Assembly (NCBI GenBank): GCA_037146775.1
Contig: JBAWWL010000008.1
Location: 70,160 to 134,159 of the forward strand
Origin: Candidatus Omnitrophota bacterium
GTDB taxonomy: Bacteria > Omnitrophota > Gorgyraeia > Duberdicusellales > 4484-171
DNA: 64,000 nt
Direction of reading: 5' to 3'
This document shows positions 58,234 to 64,000 of this stretch, in pieces. The notes under the pieces are model-generated. The model was not told the DNA's origin. It saw only the letters and a program-made list of their open reading frames with translations, and ran no database searches. Position numbers and translations under genes: made by a program. Within the stretch, counting starts at the first letter, position 1, and each line of letters starts with the position of its first letter.

Positions 58234-58733
58234 AATATAAAGATTATCTTCACAATACTATGTTGCGGTTAGCCAAAGACTATAGGGTTCGTTTCTTAGG
58301 GTACAACACAAGATATGGGCATAAATTTAACGGAACGCTGGAAGGGTGCGAGGGATCTTGCTTGGAAATGCCAGTAGCGGAGAACCTTATTTTAGGCGTA
58401 GCCATGGGTATGGCTCTTGAGGGCTACAGGCTGATTGTTTGTATAGAACGAATGGACTTTCTCTGGGCTTGCGCGGATGCTCTGATTAACCACTTAGATA
58501 AAACTATAGAGTTGGGTTGGCCTGCGTTAGACATAATCATCCGGACGTGCGTGGGTGGGATTAGCCCGCTGGATCCAGGTTGCCAGCATAAGGGCGATTA
58601 TTATGATGTTTTCAAGGGATTGATGAAAGAAGTTTTTGTTACTACCTCTTGGAGTAAAGCGTTAAAACATAAAGGCGCGGTCATGGTTGTTGAGTGGAGA
58701 AATGATTATGAAAAAGATTATACTCCCCGATAG
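58218..58733 (+). CDS. TPP-dependent enzyme, E1-beta/transketolase pyrimidine-binding-like subunit
   Basis: Overlaps and follows the alpha-like subunit; Pyr-domain-like fold motifs (EMPVAENLILGVAMGMALEG). Confidence 0.45.
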   Translation: MGNILKYKDYLHNTMLRLAKDYRVRFLGYNTRYGHKFNGTLEGCEGSCLEMPVAENLILGVAMGMALEGYRLIVCIERMDFLWACADALINHLDKTIELGWPALDIIIRTCVGGISPLDPGCQHKGDYYDVFKGLMKEVFVTTSWSKALKHKGAVMVVEWRNDYEKDYTPR

Positions 58734-59532
58734 TTATAGCTATATCGGTGCTTTCTTAACTCTTAGGTGCGGATTGGGTTGTTCTTATTGCCTTAATCAT
58801 TATGACGTTTCGGGAAAGTTTGACGAGATGAGTACCGAGGATTGGATTACCGGACTTTCTCGGATAGAAACAAGGGAAGATTTTCCTATAACTCTGCAGG
58901 GCGGCGAGCCTACGGTTCATAAAGGATTTTATGATATAGCCAGTAGTCTTCATTCATTGAATCAATGCATGGATTTGCTTACCAACGGAATGTTCGATGT
59001 AAAAGAATTTCAGCAACGGTTAAGGGCTACAACTTTTTTCAGAGAAGCCAAGTATGCCTCTATAAGATTCTCTTTCCACGAATCAACGGTTGGTATTGCC
59101 TTGGCTATGAAAGTTTGGACGTTAAAAAATAACGGCTATCAGGTGGGAATATGGGGGTTGGGTGATACGGAAAGAAATAAAATCATGGCTGTGTTATGCA
59201 AACAACTTAACATTGATTTCAGGTTAAAAGAATTTTTGTCTGAGGACCTTGGAACATATAAATATCCCGAAGCCCATACTAAGAAATTCAAGAAGACGGT
59301 GATGTGCAAGCCAAGAGAGTTTCTTGTCGGGCCTTCCGGGCATATCTTCCGTTGTCATGCTGACCTATACGCTAACCGTAACCCTATAGCGCATATTCTT
59401 GATGAGAGTATTGAGTTTAAAGATTCATTCCCCTGTGATAATTACGGGCATTGTAACCCTTGTGATGTGAAGTTAAAGACCAATAGATTCCAGGAGTTTG
59501 GATATTGTTCTGTGTTAATCAAAGAACTATAA
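58708..59532 (+). CDS. radical SAM protein
   Basis: CGLGCSYC CxxxCxxC near the N-terminus; C-terminal CHAD...C...CNPC cluster. Confidence 0.65.
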   Translation: MKKIILPDSYSYIGAFLTLRCGLGCSYCLNHYDVSGKFDEMSTEDWITGLSRIETREDFPITLQGGEPTVHKGFYDIASSLHSLNQCMDLLTNGMFDVKEFQQRLRATTFFREAKYASIRFSFHESTVGIALAMKVWTLKNNGYQVGIWGLGDTERNKIMAVLCKQLNIDFRLKEFLSEDLGTYKYPEAHTKKFKKTVMCKPREFLVGPSGHIFRCHADLYANRNPIAHILDESIEFKDSFPCDNYGHCNPCDVKLKTNRFQEFGYCSVLIKEL

Positions 59533-59547
59533 GGTCGGAGGTAAAAC

Positions 59548-59802
59548 ATGAATAAGGATAACGAAAAAAATGATACAGATAAAGACAATAAAGAACAACA
59601 ACAACAAATGCAACAAATGTTTAACGAAATAACTTCTTATGCTATTAGACTTTACGATTTGATGCAACACGGTATGACTATTGAGTTAACTTTTCCTGAT
59701 CCAAACGGTATTGTAATACCTAACCAGCCACCTAAGTTACGCCGTCTTCTTATTACTAAACCTAAACTACACGTAAGTATTCAGGTGCCAAATAAATGTT
59801 AA
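59548..59802 (+). CDS. phage hypothetical protein
   Basis: 84 aa; RBS GGAGG. Confidence 0.35.
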   Translation: MNKDNEKNDTDKDNKEQQQQMQQMFNEITSYAIRLYDLMQHGMTIELTFPDPNGIVIPNQPPKLRRLLITKPKLHVSIQVPNKC

Positions 59803-60130
59803 ACATATTTAAACAAATAAAAAGAAAAAGAAGTATTAATAAGATAAAGAATGCAGTTGAGATATTGGGTACGTTAGATCAAACATTAAAGAGTATTGGA
59901 TATAGTAGACAAGTTCTCCGGCGGATGTTCTTAGCAATGAGCAAGAACACAAATGAAGTATAAAAATATTACAAGATATTTTATGCGCGGGTCCTTCCTA
60001 GGGGGTATGCCGTGCGCGGGTCGGGCGACGCGCGGACGAAGTTTGCATTTGATTTTGTTTTTTGGGTTTTCCTGTTCCTAAAATGAGAAATAGTAAAAAT
60101 CTAATTATGCCCTATAGATAAGCGTTTTTT

Positions 60131-61429
60131 ATGATTAACATTAATATAAAACCGGAAATAAAGGAAATCTATTTAAAGAATATTTTTCCTAATCCTGCCA
60201 ATCCGCGTGATATCACCGAAGAAGCCATGGCGGGACTACAAAAAAGCCTTGAGCAATTTGGTTACGTGGATTTACTTATTGTCAATAAACGTAATATGCA
60301 ACTTATTGCTGGCCACCAACGTTTAAAAATATTCAAAGAAAATGGTATCAAGCGCGTTCCTTGTATTTTGGTTGATATTAACGATATGCGTCAGCAGACA
60401 ATGGCTATAACTTTGAATAATCAGCAAATTGTAGGTTTTTGGACAGCGGCATTAATTCCCATTTTAGAAAAAATACGTCAAGAAATACCAGACGATTATA
60501 TTAACTTAAGGATAGAAGCTCTCCGCGAAGAAGTTGAAGAACTTGAGAAAGAAAGTTTAGGTACTGGAAAAACATTACCAGATGATATACCGCCTATTCC
60601 TAAGAAGGCTGTCACTAAGGCAGGGGATCTATGGATATTAGGACAGCATCGGATTTTGTGCGGGAGTAGCACTAATAAAGATCACGTTGCGCATTTGATG
60701 GATGGACGTAAGGCGCGATTGTTGGCTACAGATCCACCATATCTGGTTGATTATACTGGTGACGATAGACCCAAATCCGGAAAAGACTGGTCTGATGTAT
60801 ATCACGAAATCGATATCCCCGATGCGTATATATTTTATAAAGACTTCCTGTCGATTGCGCTTAAACATATTAATAATAATTCAGCAATTTATATGTGGCA
60901 TGCATCTAAACGCATTGACGTAATCCAAAAAGTATTTATTGAATTAAAAATTTTAATCCATCAGATAATTATTTGGGTTAAACCTTGTGCAATATTGACA
61001 TTCTCAATATATCCATGGAGACATGAGCCATGCATATTTGGCTGGTTGCAAGGCAATAAGCCAAAAATTAAAGCTACAGCAAACAAAACCGGAACAGTAT
61101 GGACAATAGGATTAATGCGCACAGGAGATCCAGCAAGCCCGGAATATTATACTGACATCTGGGAAATTGATTGGGAGGGAAAGAAGAGAAGCCCGGGTAA
61201 AGATCATCCCACAATCAAGCCTACCGAAGTCTTTGCAATTCCTATGCGCGTTCATACAAACCCGGGAGATATCTGCTATGAGCCTTTTAGTGGGTCCGGA
61301 TCGCAAATAATAGCAGCTGAACGATTAAACCGTAGATGCTTTGCTATGGAGATAGAACCGATCTTTGTAGATGTGGCGGTAAAGCGCTGGGAAGAGTTCA
61401 CAGGTAAAAAAGCTAAATTAGAAAAATAA
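60131..61429 (+). CDS. ParB-like nuclease domain / DNA methyltransferase fusion (N6-adenine or N4-cytosine)
   Basis: N-terminal ParB-N motif (LIAGHQRLKIF); MTase motifs LLATDPPYL (DPPY) and CYEPFSGSGSQIIAAE (FxGxG). Confidence 0.8.
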   Translation: MININIKPEIKEIYLKNIFPNPANPRDITEEAMAGLQKSLEQFGYVDLLIVNKRNMQLIAGHQRLKIFKENGIKRVPCILVDINDMRQQTMAITLNNQQIVGFWTAALIPILEKIRQEIPDDYINLRIEALREEVEELEKESLGTGKTLPDDIPPIPKKAVTKAGDLWILGQHRILCGSSTNKDHVAHLMDGRKARLLATDPPYLVDYTGDDRPKSGKDWSDVYHEIDIPDAYIFYKDFLSIALKHINNNSAIYMWHASKRIDVIQKVFIELKILIHQIIIWVKPCAILTFSIYPWRHEPCIFGWLQGNKPKIKATANKTGTVWTIGLMRTGDPASPEYYTDIWEIDWEGKKRSPGKDHPTIKPTEVFAIPMRVHTNPGDICYEPFSGSGSQIIAAERLNRRCFAMEIEPIFVDVAVKRWEEFTGKKAKLEK

Positions 61430-61605
61430 TATTAATAAATAGGAAAAATTAAAAGAACCAGTATGAAAGTAATTACGGCCGGGATCGCCGCGTAAACGGC
61501 GACCCAACCCACATGATATCAGCATGTAGGCTTTATGCGACCGAGGGAAGCTAAATGAATGATATTCTACCGAATAGTTAGCATATTTGTCAACATCGAT
61601 ACTAT

Positions 61606-62232
61606 GTGGGTACTATGTCTGAGGGAAATAGCAAAATACCGGGGATACTGGAAGTGGCAAATAAAAAACGTCATCTTTTCTTATTGCAAAAACTTCATGA
61701 AGGAAAATCTCTGTCTAGATCAGAAATAAAAGAATTAGAAAAGTTTGAAGGAAAAAATCCTAAACCGGGAATAATCACTACCCAAGAAAAGCTCGCCCAA
61801 ATTTTCGGGGTATCCAACCGAACTATCCGCTACTGGGAAAAAGAAGGTTTGCCGAAGACATCTGAAGGTTTCTACAATATCGCTGATGTTCAGGAATGGA
61901 GATTTTGTAATGATAAACGCCGCAAAAATATCCCCAAGAAAAAAGAAGATGAGTATGAATCACAGTTTAGGAAATTCAAAGCTTTATTAGCCGAGATAGA
62001 ATGGAAAGAAAAAACAAAACAACTTATTCCCATAGGTGATGTAGAAAAAGATAATGTTCAAAAAATCATAGCGATTAAAACAAAATTTTTATCTTTACCC
62101 CGCACAATAGCCCCTCAGCTAGTAGGTTTAGAAGTACAGAAGATAGAAAGTATTTTAAGGATAAGAATAGAGGAGATTGTAAATGATTTTGCAAGCGGAA
62201 AGATTACCCACACTAAGAAAAAGACAAAATAA
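61606..62232 (+). CDS. terminase small subunit (putative)
   Basis: MerR-like HTH (IFGVSNRTIRYWEKEGLP); directly upstream of and overlapping the large terminase. Confidence 0.45.
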   Translation: MGTMSEGNSKIPGILEVANKKRHLFLLQKLHEGKSLSRSEIKELEKFEGKNPKPGIITTQEKLAQIFGVSNRTIRYWEKEGLPKTSEGFYNIADVQEWRFCNDKRRKNIPKKKEDEYESQFRKFKALLAEIEWKEKTKQLIPIGDVEKDNVQKIIAIKTKFLSLPRTIAPQLVGLEVQKIESILRIRIEEIVNDFASGKITHTKKKTK

Positions 62233-64000
62233 AATTAATTGGACAGCTGCTGAGTTAAGAGCCTGGCAACTCCCAAAGAAGATAAACGTATCTCAATGGG
62301 CGGATGAAAACCGTATTCTTGATTCACGTACGTCTTCCGAGCCCGGCCGGTGGCGGACAGAGCGCACACCCTACCTACAAGGCATTATGGATGCATTTAC
62401 CGATCCCTTGATTGAATCTATCACGATTAAAGCGAGTACGCAGGTAGGTAAAACCGAAACAATATTAAACATGCTTGGCTATACTATCGATCAGGATCCG
62501 GCCCCAACGCTTTTCGTTGGCCCGCGCAAAGATGATGCCAAGATGATTTCGAGCGACAGGATAAAGCCTATGATTGAATTATCACAGGCCCTTTCGAATC
62601 ATTTAACCGATTACGATGATGATGTAACTCAATTTGTTGTAAATCTCGATAAGATGATTTTGTATTTAGCCTGGGCAAATTCGCCGGCTGCGTTATCAAG
62701 TAAACCTATCAGGTATCTTTTTCTTGATGAGGTAAATAAATATCCACCGTTTTCCGGTAAGGAAGCCGATCCGATTAAGTTAGCTACTGAAAGAACGAGA
62801 ACATTTTGGAATCGCAAGATAGTAAAAGTATCTACACCGACAACGGAAGACGGGTATATTTCGCGCGAATACGAACAGTCAGACAAAAGTAAGTTCTACG
62901 TTCCCTGTCCTCATTGCGGTAAATATCAAATTATGACCTGGGCCCAGGTTAAATTTCCTCCTGAAGAAAGAAATCCGGAAATCATAAAATTAAAAAGGCT
63001 TGCATGGTACGAATGCGAAGAATGCCGGGGAGTTATCACCGATACCATGAAACAAAAAATAATGTTAAAGGGTAAATGGCTTCCTGAAGGTTGCAGTATC
63101 GATAAAGAAGGAAATACCAAAGGCAATTTGAACAGTTCTTCTCATAGAGGGTTTTGGATTAATGCCTTGTATTCGCCATGGCTTACTTTTGCCGAAATAG
63201 TCGCAGAATGGTTAGATTCGCAAGATCGCCCGGAGCTTTTAATGAATTTTATCAATTCGTGGTTAGCTGAGGAATGGAAGGAAAAAATAGAAGAACGCAA
63301 ACCAGAGATGTTAAAAAAACTTGCTCTTGAGTATGAAGCCGGAAAAGTTCCTGAAGGTGCAATAGTGTTAGTTGCTGGCGTAGATGTACAGAAAGATCAT
63401 TTTATTTATACCATACGCGGCTTTGGGGTTGGGTATGAAAACTGGCTGATTAAGGCTGCCTATGTAGAAACTTGGGAAGAAATCATCGCACAAATAATTA
63501 ATGGTTTCTTTCCGTCAGAAATAAAAGGTTTACCGGATTTTCAGGTAAGTTTAGCAAATATAGATACCGGGCATAGGACTGATGAAGTTTATCAAATGTG
63601 CAGAGAGTTTGGGGGCATATTGCGCCCGATAAAAGGCAGCGATAATTTACGCGGATTGTTGTATAAACTTTCAACGATAGATAAATACCCTAACGGAAGA
63701 GTAATCCCGGGTGGGCTTAAACTATACCATATCGATACAAATATGTTTAAGGACAAGCTGGCCAGGCTTATCAACATCGAAGGAGAAAATAAAAAATGGC
63801 ATTTACATCGCGAGCCTTCTGAAACATATCTTAAGCAGATGTGTTCTGAAGGAAAGATATTAGAAAGAGGAAAAAATCCGAGGCAACGCAGGGAAGTTTG
63901 GAAAACTCTTTCTTTGCATACGCCTAACCATTTTTGGGATGCAGAAGTATACGCCCTTGCCGCCGCGGAAATGCTTAGGGTATATGCGTTACGCGCAGAA
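62183..64000 (+). CDS. terminase large subunit, GpA family (3' end beyond window)
   Basis: Walker A STQVGKT; lambda gpA-like N-terminal ATPase; open to the window end. Confidence 0.8.
   Translation, partial: MILQAERLPTLRKRQNKINWTAAELRAWQLPKKINVSQWADENRILDSRTSSEPGRWRTERTPYLQGIMDAFTDPLIESITIKASTQVGKTETILNMLGYTIDQDPAPTLFVGPRKDDAKMISSDRIKPMIELSQALSNHLTDYDDDVTQFVVNLDKMILYLAWANSPAALSSKPIRYLFLDEVNKYPPFSGKEADPIKLATERTRTFWNRKIVKVSTPTTEDGYISREYEQSDKSKFYVPCPHCGKYQIMTWAQVKFPPEERNPEIIKLKRLAWYECEECRGVITDTMKQKIMLKGKWLPEGCSIDKEGNTKGNLNSSSHRGFWINALYSPWLTFAEIVAEWLDSQDRPELLMNFINSWLAEEWKEKIEERKPEMLKKLALEYEAGKVPEGAIVLVAGVDVQKDHFIYTIRGFGVGYENWLIKAAYVETWEEIIAQIINGFFPSEIKGLPDFQVSLANIDTGHRTDEVYQMCREFGGILRPIKGSDNLRGLLYKLSTIDKYPNGRVIPGGLKLYHIDTNMFKDKLARLINIEGENKKWHLHREPSETYLKQMCSEGKILERGKNPRQRREVWKTLSLHTPNHFWDAEVYALAAAEMLRVYALRAE

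Larger units (their letters stand above)
41310..64000. mobile_element. prophage (left end at integrase; right end and att sites beyond window)
   Basis: Integrase, CI/Cro switch, excisionase-like HTH, replication initiator with iterons, ParB, RusA, DNA methyltransferase, small and large terminase subunits, DGR. Confidence 0.8.

Overview
This 64 kb window is AT-rich bacterial chromosome with three parts. (1) 1-13.0 kb is a conserved housekeeping block on the + strand: aminotransferase fragment, folK, panC, nadX, uvrA, a TPR protein, ExbB/ExbD-like pair, lgt, nadE, eno, ftsB, ending in an initiator-type tRNA-Met gene at 12977-13050. (2) 13.05-26 kb is an accessory island beginning right after that tRNA. 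A ~130-nt direct repeat of the tRNA 3' half plus flank recurs at 13950-14140 with a 57-nt structured insertion. About 25 small secreted or membrane-protein genes are punctuated by two recurring sequence modules: a 5' module ATGAAACNTCAAACAAAGAAAATCATAGCG (9 copies) and a 3' module CTGGGCGGTAAGGACGTTGAAGCAAAAGGATTTAGGTAAAGATATTTAAAGGAGG (7 copies). These modules encode the conserved N- and C-termini of a ~77-aa membrane protein family (intact at 17350 and 22395). Elsewhere the modules are separated by unrelated inserted ORFs, giving a cassette-like mosaic not explained by CRISPR, integron attC or IS structures. A 26-nt GGGGTCAGACCTTCAGATGTCAGAT repeat also tags three gene 3' ends. 26-40 kb holds chromosomal genes: THUMP RNA methyltransferase, GT17-like glycosyltransferase, AMMECR1, a substrate-binding protein with histidine kinase and two CheY-like regulators, a TVGYGD K+ channel, and an ABC-2 transporter. 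(3) 41.3 kb to the window end is a prophage whose right end and att sites lie outside the window. It has a tyrosine integrase, a CI-like S24 repressor divergent from a Cro-like gene, a replication initiator with internal iterons, ParB-like proteins, and a sugar/modification-type cluster (B12-radical SAM, four GT-like genes, split TPP enzyme, two more radical SAM). Embedded in it is a complete diversity-generating retroelement: DUF1566 target with VR, Avd-like four-helix-bundle protein, TR and a bRT-like reverse transcriptase. The phage genes end with RusA, a ParB-domain/DNA methyltransferase fusion, and small and large (GpA-like) terminase subunits. No BLAST or HMM search could be run; all protein calls rest on motifs read directly from the translations.
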